Positions 11,968-24,158 of a stretch of 64,000 nucleotides of DNA are shown one piece after another; the first letter of the stretch is position 1, and the number at the start of each line of letters is the position of its first letter. Below the pieces are notes generated by a model. It did not search any database and had not been told where the DNA came from. It was given only the letters and a program-made list of their open reading frames with translations. The translations under genes and the position numbers were made by a program. The DNA is from Protoeuglena noctilucae (Eukaryota): NCBI GenBank assembly GCA_958009085.1, contig OY253684.1, positions 62,001 to 126,000 on the forward strand. Direction: 5' to 3'.

Positions 11968-12341
11968 AGCCGTGTCACTGTCACAGCCAGTCCCACGCGT
12001 TCGTGGACGAGAGCAACTGTTGCGCACCACAGCGGATAGAATGGGCAACAGACGACCGCGCTGGCTTGAACATACGCGGCCCGGGGGTGTGTGCAGATTG
12101 TGCTGCGCGTGGAACGTTCTGGAGGAGAAGGCTCCCCTAATTCGCCAGATCTGCGGGCTTAAGAGCCTGCTGCGGCCCAATCCGGCCTTCACTTTCGCGG
12201 ACACCAACACGTTGCTGCCAAGGACCTTTGCATTCGAGGCTACAGCCACACGCGCCCTCGCGAGTTTTAGGGTTGGTTCGCGAGTCGGCACGACGCTCTT
12301 CTGGTCCCCGCCGGGGCAGATCTAGTAGTTTTGTGTCAGAC

Positions 12342-13699
12342 ATGGTGAACGCGGAGGACGTGGACCTTATGGACACGGTGGGCAAGCACTGCTTCGCGTG
12401 CAAGTGCAACGATTTCTTGCCATTCCAGTGCGACGGCTGCAAGCGCTTCTTCTGCGCGGAGCATCGGTGAGCATTGCAGCGATATGAACGCTGCCAACCG
12501 CACGCTGTGACCTGCGTTTCGTCCTCGCTGCGAGCTTATGTGATCCCCACCGCTCCTTGCTTGCAGCGAGTACGGCCACCACGACTGCCCCAGGCCCCAC
12601 GCCAACCGGAACGTCACAGCGTTGGTGTGCAGCAAGTGCGGGGAGGTGAGCTGAGACCGCTTGTCTCGTGGTGCACCGTCGTGACGCGACCCGGCCGTCG
12701 ACCCGCAACCTTCCACCCCTTCCCTCCCCCAGTCCGTCAGAGTGGAGCCGGGGCACGACGCGGACGAGTCGCTGGCTCGCCACGTGGCCGCCTGCACCGA
12801 GGTCCCCCGTGCGCGCGTGCCCCGCTGCCCCGTGCCCGGATGCAAGGAGAAACTCACGGCCGTCTCGAGCTACACATGCGCTTCCTGCCGCACGGTCGTG
12901 TGCATGAAACACCGCTTCGCCGAGGACCACGCCTGCGGCTCCCTCCACACCGTCCCCCAGCCGCGGGGCAAGAGCTTTCGTATCGGCGTGGAAGAGTCCG
13001 CCCCAAGGCACGCCCCAGCGGCCGGCACGGCGCGAGACAACGTGCGCGGTGATGTAGCTGCGACGCCGTCTCCAGCCCCCGCCAAGGCAGTCCCCAGGTG
13101 CGCCGGGTGCCATTTAGGCTGTGTGATCGGGCTGTGCGACTTGGCTTGCATGAGCAATTGACACCCTCTTGGCATCCCTTCCCCCGCAGCGTCCGGGACC
13201 AGGTGCGCCGGGTGTGGCTGCAGCGATTCGAGGAGATGCTCCGCCCCTCGGCACGGGCGGCCTCTCCCACCCGCCCATCGCCAGCACAAGCGGAGCACTT
13301 TGCGACGCCCATGGGGTCCCCCGCCTCCCCGGTGAGCCAATTATCGCTGAGGCTTTCGGCAAGCACTTTGCCTCGACGACCACAGAGTTGCTCCCCACCC
13401 CGCGTGCCAATAACACCGTGCCCCTGCCTCGCCCACCGCAGTCACGCTCCGGACCATCCACGCCACTCGACCCGGAGCTCGCGAATGCGGACCTGTCCAT
13501 GCTCGCGTCCACGAGCCGGGGACCGACCCCGGAGCAGATCCGGGCCTTCTTGCGGGCCCAGGAGCGCGCGCGGCAGCCCAGCAAGCTGCAGCTGCTGGAC
13601 GGCTATGAGGGGTGCCCGTGGTGCGGGCGGTCGTTTGCGGACGCGTCGGAGCTCGTCTGGCACAGCGAACGCTGCTCCCACCGCCCCGTCCAGGCCTAG
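12342..13699 (+). CDS. AN1-type zinc-finger protein (two AN1 fingers plus a C-terminal C2HC finger; ZFAND2/AIRAP or plant SAP11/13-like)
   Basis: VGKHCFACKCNDFLPFQCDGCKRFFCAEHR-EYGHHDC; RCPVPGCKEKLT..YTCASCRTVVCMKHRFAEDHAC; C-terminal CPWCGRSF..LVWHSERC. Four GT-AG introns; TAG at 13697-13699. Confidence 0.88.
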
Positions 13700-13973
13700 C
13701 GACGAATGCCTTGCACGTTCAAAGGGGTAGTCTACATGTGCGTGTGAGCGCCCCAGCACCTCACTGGTCGAAGACGCGGTAGTTCTGGGGCGGGTTGAGG
13801 TAGTCCTTCGGGGAGATCTTGTTCCTGCGAGAAAGTTGAAAGCACAGCTTCGTCAGGCAGTCCCACAGAGCCCATCGCAAAAGCAGTCCATTCCCACGCC
13901 CACGCCGCCGCTATTGCGAGCGCCCAGACGCGGCCTGTAGATACATGGTTGCCAAGACACGCGGCCGCGGCAC

Positions 13974-14594
13974 TCACGTGAAGGGGTTCCGCCCGATGGG
14001 CTCGCCCGGTGCGGCCTGGCGCTCCTGCGGACCAAGTGGAGAGCGGGGCGCGATTCGAGGCCCGTATTTGCACTGGGAGACGCTAGAGACGCAGTACGCA
14101 ACGAGGAGCCGTCCCGCTCGGCCTGGGGGAGCCGCAGCTGGCCCCGGCAGGGCGGACACCTTGCTCGACGCCGGGCAGGCCCACCCTGGCGGCCGAGCGA
14201 CGTCCTGCCCGCGCCGGAGAGTCCCCCGCGCCCCTCTGCGCCTCCCACCTTCGCGTGCTCGCGGATCAGCTGCGCCTTCTTCCACTCGGGGTCGAAGGTG
14301 CCGGGGATCTTGCTGCCGTAGAGCTTCGGCAGGCCGAAGAAGAGGACCGTCGCGCCTCCGAAGACGAAAAGGATGGCGGGGGCCATCTCGCTCATCGACG
14401 CGAACCCGCTCTTCATGTCCCACGGCTCGAGCTTCTCGATCGGGCCCGCCTTGGCCGCGGTCGCCATGTACCGCACCCCCACCCTCCGGACCAGTCGGCT
14501 GCGAGCGAGGGGCCGAGAGGCGACGCGTCGTCGCGGGCCCTGGAGCGCCCTGGCTCGCCGGGCTCCACGCTCCGGCGTCCCCGCACCTGGCCAT
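13974..14594 (-). CDS. Small single-pass mitochondrial membrane protein, probably cytochrome c oxidase subunit IV-like
   Basis: Three exons give MASRLVRRVGVRYMATA (presequence-like), one hydrophobic helix (ILFVFGGATVLFFGL), then KIPGTFDPEWKKAQ..ERQAAPGEPIGRNPFT*. This fits the P-x-T-x3-EW...NP pattern I recall for COX4-type subunits, so the assignment rests on motif recall. Confidence 0.55.
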   Translation of the reverse strand: MARCGDAGAWSPASQGAPGPATTRRLSAPRSQPTGPEGGGAVHGDRGQGGPDREARAVGHEERVRVDERDGPRHPFRLRRRDGPLLRPAEALRQQDPRHLRPRVEEGAADPRAREGGRRRGARGTLRRGQDVARPPGWACPASSKVSALPGPAAAPPGRAGRLLVAYCVSSVSQCKYGPRIAPRSPLGPQERQAAPGEPIGRNPFT

Positions 14595-15091
14595 CTTCAC
14601 CCACGCCTAGCGAACTCCAAAAGCGTGCGCTGGCCGGTTCCTCTCTTCGCCTTGCGCAAGCCCAGCGCAAGCTTGACCTTCTCAAGCAGACCAGACCAGG
14701 GGAGCCTCCGGAAGCAGTTGATTCGTCAACGCGCACAAATCAACGGGGCCTGAGCATCGGGAGTCGAGAATTGGCCGAGTTCGTCGTTCTGACAAGTGCC
14801 AGCCACCGCGTTCATCGCCGCCGAGCCACCATCGCCCCATCCCTGGGCACCATCGCCACACTTGTCTTCATTTCTTGTGTGGGAGCACTTAAGCTCGCAC
14901 GTTGCTCCTCAGCGTTAATCCATCCACTTCACCACGGCGTGGATGGTCATCAGAGCGCGTAGATAGCTGCATCAGGTCCTCGTAGCTGGGATGATATTGC
15001 CGCAGATGTGTCATGTCGTGTCTAGGAGGGAGAGTGGAGTGACGCTCGGGCTCACCAGGCTTTGACACTCCACAGCGCACAGGGGAGCAGG

Positions 15092-18000
15092 ATGGCGAGC
15101 GGGAGCGGGTATGCCAGGGACCCGTCCCTCGAGATCCGCCCCGGCCAGGCTGTGGGCGGGCCCGATCTGCCTGTGAGCTCGTGGTCGGGGCAGCAGACGT
15201 CCGCGCATCTCCGGCGCGCGCACACGGGCGCATCCGCAGCGGAGTGGGGCCCGTCCGGCCCGGCGCCGAGTACCAGCGGATACACCGTCGCGCCATCGCC
15301 GATGGGAGCGAGCCGGGCGCCCCCCTGGAGGGCCGCGCCGGGCATGCCCACCCTTGCCGGGGACGGCACGGATCCGGACGCGGACTCCAAGCGCCCCGCG
15401 AGGCACGATGTCTTCCTCTACAACTGGCAAATTGCCGCGGCCCTCGTCCCGGCGATCGCCGTGGTGATCGGGTGCGCGCCGGGGCTTCCAATGCCCCGCT
15501 GAGCCGCGCCGCGCTGCCCCCGCGCCCCCCTCCGCCGCGACGCCGCCCCCACCGCGCTCAATTCGCAGGTACGGCAGTTATTTAGTGTTCGCGGTGCTCC
15601 TCGTGGGCGTCATGGTCGCCTACATCCTTGACGTCCTGGGCTCGTCCCTGGCGGCGTTCGGCGTGGCCTGGGCCAGCCTCCTCCTCGCCAACCTCGCCCT
15701 GCTCTTCGGGGGCCTCCTGGGAGCGCAGGACGCCCCGCTGCCCCTTGCCCTGGCCCTCTCGGCCTCGTGCGGCGCGGTGCTGCTGTGCGCGGCGTGCTGG
15801 GCCTCGGTGCAGTTCCCCTTCGCCATCGAAAGGCACCGCGCCGCGGTCTCTGCCGTGGAGAAATTCCTCATGGGCGCATGGTGAGGGGCGATGGTGACTG
15901 TTTTGAATGTGTATGGGTCATGTGTGTGAGCGAGGCGCGGCTTGCCACAGTGGGTTGTAGTGCACAACCCACAGCATGCAACCCCCTCTGCGCACGTCAC
16001 CCCTCTCATCGCCCACCCACCCCTCCTCTCACCCCCAGTGGCCCCATCTGCACCTCCATGTGTGCTTGGGTGCTTTTGGATGCCCTGGGCCCCGACGTGG
16101 CCCCTTTCTACCTGGCAGCGGCCGCCATCGCCATGCACGAGGTGCTGGGGCAGCCACGCACCTCCTCCTTCATACCCCTGCCGCCCAAAATGAGACCAGA
16201 CCAGCGGTGAGCCATGGGGGTCAGATGGCAGCGATGGCCATACGCATGCGTCGCGCAGATGCCCCGATTGGACACATATGGTGTGTCTGCTGCGACTAAG
16301 TAGTATCACTATGCTTAGAAAAAGCACCGTTTTTAACAAATGCAATTCCCTACCCCCCCAGTCTCCCCCCCCAATACTACGCCTGCTCCCCCGCCTCCTC
16401 CGCCACCAGCGCCGCCGTCGCCGCCCTCCTCCCCGCCACCGTCTACCTCGCCGTTCACCTCGCCACCCTCCCCTCATGGGACCATCTATGGAGCGTCCTC
16501 CTCCTCACTGGCGGGGCACTCACCTACCTCTTCGCCCGGCCGCACGGCACATGGTGGCTGTTCCTGGCGCCAGAGGGGGCCGCCAGGATGCGGTTCGCGG
16601 GGTGAGGGCAGTGGGGGCGTCTTCATCTAATATCTGTGCCATGCTTTTGATTCACAAGCGTGACAGTGGTGCAGTTCCTTGTCCCTTGTCCCGCCATCAC
16701 TCCCTCTCACCCACCCTCACCACACCCCACTCTCCACCCCCCCTCACACCCACCCTCTCACCCACCCCCCTTCTCTCTCCCCCCTCAGCCTCGTCGTCTC
16801 CTCCGCCCCCCTCACCGCCGGCCTCGTGGGCCGCGTCTTCGTCCCATCCTTCGGCGCCTATCTCCGCGCCCCCTGGCCCCTCAACGTCGTCCACGTCGCA
16901 GCCGTCGCCGTCGCAGCATGGGCCGCCGTCCTCGCGGCGCTCTCCGGCGCCGACATCCGCGCCATCCTCTTGTCCACCCGCGGCATGGCCGTGGCCGTCG
17001 CGGCCGCCGTCGCCGCCGCCGCCTCCCTCGGCGTGCCCCTCTACCTCCTCCCGCTCCCCGCCGTCGCCGCCGTGGCTCTCTGCATGTACGCGGAGGACCT
17101 CTCGCCCCTCCCCTGGCTGGGCTTCATGGGCGCATCGGGCGCCACCATGCTGTGGTTCGTCGAGCATCACTTCGGCTTCCTCCGCGTGCACCTCAACGGA
17201 GTTTCCGTCAAGGCCCTCTGCTGGCTCCTGGTGGCCCTCGCGGACCTTTCCATGGCAGCAGTGGGCATGCTCATCAGCCGCGCCAACCCACACGCGCTGG
17301 GCACAGCGATGGCCGCCCAGGCCCTTGCGCTCACGTGGCTCGAGGAGACGCTCTTCGCTGCCAGACACGAGCACCTCACCGCGGGCATCTACCCCGCGTG
17401 GATGGTGCTCCTCACCTCCGCTGCGGGACTGGCAGCCACCGTGCGACTGTCCGCCCACGCACGCCTCCCCACCTGGTCTGCCTCGCTCCTGCTGTGCACC
17501 TACGCGGCCAAGCTCGTCATGGTCATCCCCACCGATGACCCCATCGCAGTCACGCCCGCCCTCGCCCTCGCCCTCGCCGTCACACCGCCCCTCCTCCTCT
17601 ACACGCGAGGTCCCTTGGCACGTCTCTCGGCCCTACCCCCCTGGGCCGGCTGGGCCCACGCCGCCGCCGTCATCGCCGCCGTCGCCCACGCCCGCTTCCT
17701 CATCTACGATTTGGCAGCTCTGGCACTCGGGTCACACCCCAGCGAGGGCCTCGTCTTGGGCGCCTTGGTCGGCACGGCTGCCGCGGGGCTTCTCCCCCTC
17801 GTGCGGAGATTCTACCTCCACCGCCCCGCCGCCCGTCGCGCCGTGGCCCTTTTGGCGGCCCTCGCCGCGCTTCTGGCACTGCTGCGCCCCCCGCTGTCGG
17901 TGGTGGGTGGCGCCATGTGCCCCCGCCTCCCTTTCGCCCTCTGTCCGCGCCTCTGGGACGAAAGGCACTTCCCCAGCCACGAGTCAGACGACGCCGCCAT

Positions 18001-20131
18001 CTACGGAGCCGCGGACCGCGCCGTGCAGTGGCCCCTGTGGCTCCTGGTGGCAGCCGTGGCACTCGCATTGGCCGCGCTCCCTGCTGCGCTGGGCCGGGAT
18101 CCTCGCAAGGACGCCCGCCGCGCTTCCGCCGCCCGCGCGGTCCCCACCCTCGCCTCCGCCGCCCTCGCCGCCGCCTACGTGGCGCTGCAGGCCGCCCCGG
18201 GGTCCCCGCTGCTGCAGGCGGGGCTCTTCGTGGGTGCGATGTCTGCCGCCGCCACCCTCGTGCTGCTGTCCGTCCCTGTGCCCGGCGCCTCCGCCGCGCT
18301 GCCGTGGCTCTACGTCGCATGGGCTGCGTCCCTTCCCGCCAACCTCGCCCTGCATGCCATGCTGCCCGTGTCGGCAGGGGGCGTCGAGGCTGAGGTGAGG
18401 GCGTTGCGATGGGGTGGGGCGGGATGCACCAGTGCACCCTGACAGTGGGTGGCTTTGTTACATGATATGGATGCAATTGCGCTGTGGGTCTCTTATTCTC
18501 CCACTCACCCACCTCTGCAACACGAGCTGCACTACCACCACCACCTGACTGCGCTCCCACACAACGCCCGCAGCGCCTGTACGGCCAGCTGCGCACGACG
18601 GTGGAGGAGGAGCGGTACGAAGAGCGGCGCGTGGCCATCCTGGGTGCCTACGCCGTCGAGGCGCTGCTGGTGGCGTTCACGATGAACCTGCGTGTGACGA
18701 GCGCAATGGGGGCGCCGTGGGCAGCAACGGGCGGCGTGGGGGGCATCGGGCGCGCCGTGCAGGCGGGGCTGGCGGGGGCGGGCGCGGGGGCCATGGCGAG
18801 GGCCGCGGGGTTCTTGGGGATGCGCGGCGTGGGGCAGAGCGCGCCGGTCGAGCGGATGGAGGGCATGGCATCCGCGCAGGTGAGCGGGAGAGGGGGGGCG
18901 TGATGTGTGGAGTGTTGCATGCACGACGGGGTGTTGTGGGGGTGTTGTGGTCAGCGATGTGATGTGTGATAGGGTGGTATAAGTGTCAACACCACTACCT
19001 CTCTGCTCAGTCCCACCATCCCTTACTCAACTGCTTGCCCCAAACTGCCCCACCCAAGACTGCCCCACATAGCACCTCGACCTCCCTCCGCCTTGCCACT
19101 CCTACCACCCTCGTTCACCCTCCTTCCCTCCCCAGGTGGCCCTGTCCCGTCACCAGGCCGAGGGCCTCGCCTGGCTGGCGACGGCCGCCAACGCGGCCGC
19201 CCTGCTGTGCTTTGGCGTGGGGGTGCTGCTTGCCCGGTACTTCAGCGGGGGCAGTGACCTGGCCGTACCTATTTTGGCGCCCGTCCTGCTGCTGTTGAGT
19301 CAGGACGGGCTGCTCCTGGCGGACCTGACGCAGCGCAGGAGGTATGCCCCGCCAGCCATGGCCGTGTCGGGGTACCTGGCGGTGGCCGGGGCCGCGCAGA
19401 TGGCCGGGAGGGTGCTGGCGGGCGAGGCGCCCATGGTGAGGGGGCTGCTTGTGTATGGGTATACTGCATGAGAATGAGTGGTAGGGTGTGAGGGGGCAGT
19501 GGGTGCATGGGTGTTTAACAGTGAGGAGTAGTGGGTGCATGGGCACATGGAGTGTGCATGGACTGCGAGGGGGCAGTGGGTGGCACTGCGTCGCCCCTTG
19601 CACACTGTTGCACTCCGATCATCCACTCTGACCCTCTCCCCAACAGTCATCCACCCTCACCTTCTCCCCATCCCCAGTCCTCCACCCCCGGCCTGCCCCT
19701 CCTGGCCCCCGTGACTGTGCGAGGGCGCATCCTCACGCTCCTCCAAGAGACCCTCGCCCTCGCGTGCACCCACCCCACCCACGCACTCTTCTGCAACTAC
19801 CTCTGGACCTTCCAGTGAGCGCGCGCAGCCATGCGCAGCCACGGCACCGTCGTTGGGCTGCTGACCCTCCCTGCTTGATTGCCCAGACACATCCAGACAC
19901 ACCCACGCCGAAGCACTTGCATAGCGTAGTGATTAGCGTGACCCGCGTCGTTGGTCCCCCAGGTGGATCCCATGGACGTGGCTCCTCTTCACCATTCCCC
20001 TCAACATCGTCACCGTCATGCTCAGCGCCATCCACCCTCTCACCGTCATGGGCATCCTGGGCCTGTGCTACGGCGCCGCCCAAATCGCGCTGCAGTGGCA
20101 CAACAAGCGCAGGGGGCAGCGCATGGTGTGA
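15092..20131 (+). CDS. NEF1: NO EXINE FORMATION 1-like multi-pass membrane protein
   Basis: FLYNWQIAAALVPA..LLVGVMVAYILDVLG, WASVQF, PRTSSF, RVFVPSFGAYLRAPWPLN, WFVEHHFGFL, LTWLEETL, IYPAWMVLLTS, VTPPLLLY, HARFLIYD, HESDDAAIYG..WPLWLL, LAPVLLLLSQD, RRYAP, PTHALFCNYLW. About 8 introns; TGA 20129-20131. Confidence 0.88.
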
Positions 20132-20644
20132 CAGTGTGCATAGAAGGCACTTTGCGGTCCGCACCTCGCAAAGGGGCTTGAATTTAGTTGAGACTCTGAC
20201 GGGGTCATCCCCGCTCAACTGGCACTGGTTTATGCGCCGATTGGGGAAGGATTTGGTAGCCAAAAGACCTCAAGCACGACCGTCGCTGCCATCCGCGCTG
20301 CCGTTCGGCGCCGTAGCGACATTCCCTGCTGCCGGAACGGTTGCACCTCGTGGTCGCGCGACCGGCCGCGGCCGACACGGCCGGACCCCTGTCGAGGGTC
20401 TGAGTGCATGCAGGCACTTGTTTATTACGCCTGCGGGAGCCGCTCGCTTGCCCAGGGCCCCAACGAGCGAGGAGAGCCTCGTTGTCCAAGGTAAGAAATT
20501 GCGGGCGTTCGAGCCATCTGTGCGGACCGCGTGCTGGTCAGGCAGACTCGAATCGATGTAAACAGTGTCCGCGATGTCTCGGCACGCGCTCGGCGCCCGC
20601 GCGGGTCCCGGGAGCTGATCTGTTGCACGCGTCGCATGATGCAG

Positions 20645-23600
20645 ATGCGGGAGCGGAGCCGTGGAGATCATTGACGGCACGGAGGACGAGATTTTCGGAC
20701 AGGTACGACCGCGACGGGCCGTCGCGACTCCGGGGCGTTCCCCGAAAGCGTCTGCGCTGCGACCGCGCTGCGCTGGGGCCCTCTCAGTCGCGGCTGCCCC
20801 TGACCTGCCCCGCATTCCTGCAACCCGCTTTCCGGTCCACAGGAGGTTTACGGCATGGCCGGGCTCGACCTGCTGGCACGCATGCTCGCGCCCATGGCCC
20901 CCGCTCCTCCCGACGGACCGGACGCACCGCGCGGTCGGAGCATCCGCATTGGGGACTACGTGATCGGCAACATGGACGAGATCATGGAGACTCTCGCTGC
21001 TGAGCACGATCCTCGCCGTCCGACGCCGGCCGACCCCGATGCAGTCGCCGCGCTCCCCCGCATCGTCGTGGGGGCCAAGGGACCAGAGGCCGGCGAAGGT
21101 GGGGCGCGTGCGGACGGATTTGAACGTCAGCTTGCATTTCCTGTTCCCCGGGGATTGCGCGCGCGGCGGACGGGGCCCGCGACCTCCGGTTGGGTTGTTG
21201 CCATCACAGGCTCGTCTCCCGCGGCCTCCCCCGCGGCGGGAGCCACGCGCGAGGGCGACGTCTGCCACGTATGCATGGACGACTTTGTCGTCAGCGAGGT
21301 GCGGAGGCATTTCGCAGCAGCGGCGCCTCGCGGTGGCGTGCCAGGGCGTGCGCCTGCAAAGGACGCAGCGATTACACCGCGCCGCCCTCTCTTTGCGCCC
21401 CGCAGAGGCTCATTCTGCTTCCGTGCGGCCACGCCTTCCACGAGCAATGCCTGGAGCCCTGGCTGCGCGTCAAGAACACCTGCCCCGTCTGCCGGCACGC
21501 GTTGCCCGAGGCACCCGCACGCCCGCCCCCTGCCCCTGCCCCGGCTGCGCAGGGCGGGGACCCGGAATTCCGCCTCATGGCCTTCCCGGTGCGTCCTCGC
21601 CACCCCATCGCATGCCCGTGCTTTTTCAGCATCGTGACCCATGCGTGCATGCGCATACGCATCGCCCCAAGCACGGAGCCATGAGCCGTCCCTTGGATCC
21701 CCTGCCACGCCCACCCATCGCGCGCCTCGGCGTCGCATCGCAGGTCGACGCTTCGGATCCCGGCGCCTCCCTTTTCCAGGCCCTGCTGCACGAGTTCAAC
21801 GCGCTCGCCAGCGAATTCCCCGGCAGTGTCGGTGCGGAGGGGCCGCACCCGGGGCCCGCGAGGCCCCCCGCGGACCGCAACGCAGGCCCGCTGCCCGTGC
21901 CGCTGATGGGCGGCATCCCTCTCACATCAGGGAGGCACCCCTCTCACATCAGGGAGGCACCGGCGGCCCTGGGGCGGTGCGGCGGTGGTGATGCACCGGG
22001 TGGGGAGCGGGCGGATGGTGCGGGCGGGGGGAAGCCGGGGCAGCGGGGACGGGAGCTCCCGGGACGGGATGGGTGAGAGGGGCTGATGAGGCGTGATGAT
22101 CGATACATGATGAACCTGTATTCATATCGTGCCACCCACCCAGTCGATGCTGGCCTATGTATTCACTACGTATATCTATGTATATATGTTTCCATCATAT
22201 GCAGGATCGGACGCGTCGTCGGCCGCGTCGGGTCCCTCAACCTCCTCCAGCTCTGGCATCCCGCACTTGCACGCCTACGATCGGCGCAGCGACCGGGCGG
22301 TGGCGGTGGATGGGAGGGGCGGTGGGGTGGGGCAGGGGCGTGCGGGGGGCAGGCAGCAGCCGAGGCGCACGATTGTGACTGGGTACGGCGCAGTGGAGGC
22401 GAATGCGCAAGCGCCTGTGTCCAGCAGGGTGGGGTCTGGGGTGGTGGGGGTGGGGGCAGGAGCAGGGTCAGTGAGGGCGGAGGTGGGTGCAGGAGTGGAG
22501 GCAGGGGCTGGAGCGGCACGGGCAGGGACAGGGGCGGGGCCGGTGCGGTCCCAGCCCCGTCGCACGATCGTCACTGGGTACGGCACTGTGGACGCGAATG
22601 CGACAGGGGAGGTGCGGGGGGGAACTGTGGTGGGCGCTGGGGCAGGGGCGGCAGCGGGGGCTGCGGTGGGGGCAAGTGGTGGGGCAAGTGGTGGGGCGAG
22701 GGCGGGTGCAGCAGGGGCGGGTGCAGGGCCGGGTGCTGGGATGGGGATGGGGATGGGTGGCGAAGTGCCGCTGCATGTGCGGCCCGGTGTGGCCCTCCCT
22801 CCCGGTTTCGCAGAGATGGCGCGGGCCATCTTTGGCCCCCAGATGCCCGGGGTGGGTGGGTTGGTCCTCTTGGCTGGTCCCATGGGGCCAGGCATGATGA
22901 GGCCTATGATGGGGTCAGGGCGTGCGACCGGGGAGGCGGGGCAGGGTGGGGCGGTGGCTGGGGCTGGGAGAGGCGGTGCGGGTGGGGTGGAGGATGGAGA
23001 GGGTGGTGGTGGTGGGCGTGGGGCGGGGAGCGAGCATGGGGAAGTGACGCCATCCGTGTCGGATCACATGTCATCGTCATACGACGATGACTATGACGAG
23101 GAGTATGATGAGGATGAATATGAGGATGATGACGATGAGGAGTACGAGGATAATGAGGATGAGGAGTATGAGGGGAGCGAGAGCGACGGGGGGAGCGATT
23201 GGGAAGGTGAGGATTGGGGGGTGGGTGGTGCAGAGATCGCTAAGGCTGTGATGCTGATTCTGATGCTTGTGCTTGGTTCAGAGCATGAGGTTCAGAGCGT
23301 CAGCGAGAGCCGGACGGTGTCTTGTGTGGATGTCTGGTTGCAGGGAGCTGGGAGACGATCAGCGAGGACGGCGAGGGTGCCAAGGGGTCCAATGAGGAAG
23401 CAAAGGACTTGACTGGGGAAGCCAAGGGAGCAACCATCGAAACCAAGGGGTCGCCTGATGATACCAAGGGGTCGCTCGATGAGGCGAAGGTGTCAACTGC
23501 GGAAGCTAAGGGGGGGTCGACTGCTGACGCTAAGGTGTCGCCTGATGACGCCAAGGGAGAGACTGCGCATAGGGGGCAAGCGACCGCGGGGGACACGGGG

Positions 23601-24158
23601 GCAGGCGAAGAGGCAGAGGCAAAGACGGGGGCGTGCGAGTGCGCGGGATGCGAACACGACGCCATTGCATCTGCCGCCACCACGGCACCCGCTCCCGTCC
23701 CCACCACTGCCACCACCGCCACCACCCCTGCCACCACCTCGGCTCCCGCCCCCGCCCCCACCACCCCCGCCGGTGACGAGACGCCAGAGCTCCCCGTCTC
23801 ATCCATGCCCCCGCAAGCGTCCCACACCTCCAAGGCTTCCACGTCATCAGCAGAAGGAGAGGGAGAGGGACAGCTTTCGCACGCTGGGAGCGAGGGCGGC
23901 GTGGGGGGTGCCTTTGAGCTGGTGGAGAGCGCAGAGGGCGGGGCGAGTGGGGCCAGTGGGGCGGGGGCAGCGGTGGTGGCAGGCGCACGCGCAATGGGCA
24001 GCGGCGACGGGGCGGGAGCAGCGAGGGAGGTGGACGTGCGTGCGGAGGGCGGCAACGATGGTGTTTCTGAGGAGGGGGCTGCTGCGGCTGTGCCCTGGGC
24101 GTCGGTGTGGGCCACGGGCGCCAAGGGCCGCGCTTCGGATGCGACATCTGCCGGGTGA
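20645..24158 (+). CDS. RING-H2 E3 ubiquitin ligase (RNF126/RNF181-like core) with a long Gly-rich, acidic, repetitive C-terminal extension; start codon uncertain
   Basis: GDYVIGNMDEIMETL..PTPADPDAVAALPRI; CHVCMDDF..|LILLPCGHAFHEQCLEPWLRVKNTCPVCRHALP. Later exons encode Gly-rich sequence, a D/E/Y tract (23080-23200) and AKG repeats; TGA at 24156-24158. The first in-frame ATG seen is 20855, but an in-frame upstream exon (20645-20702) exists. Confidence 0.75.

Noticed and set aside
14903..14956. Minus-strand hairpin with TGATGA...CTGA (C/D snoRNA- or SECIS-like)
   Set aside because: Only about 44 nt from box to box, the terminal stem does not fit k-turn geometry, SECIS quartet spacing and apical AA are not met, and it lies in a promoter spacer rather than a 3' UTR.
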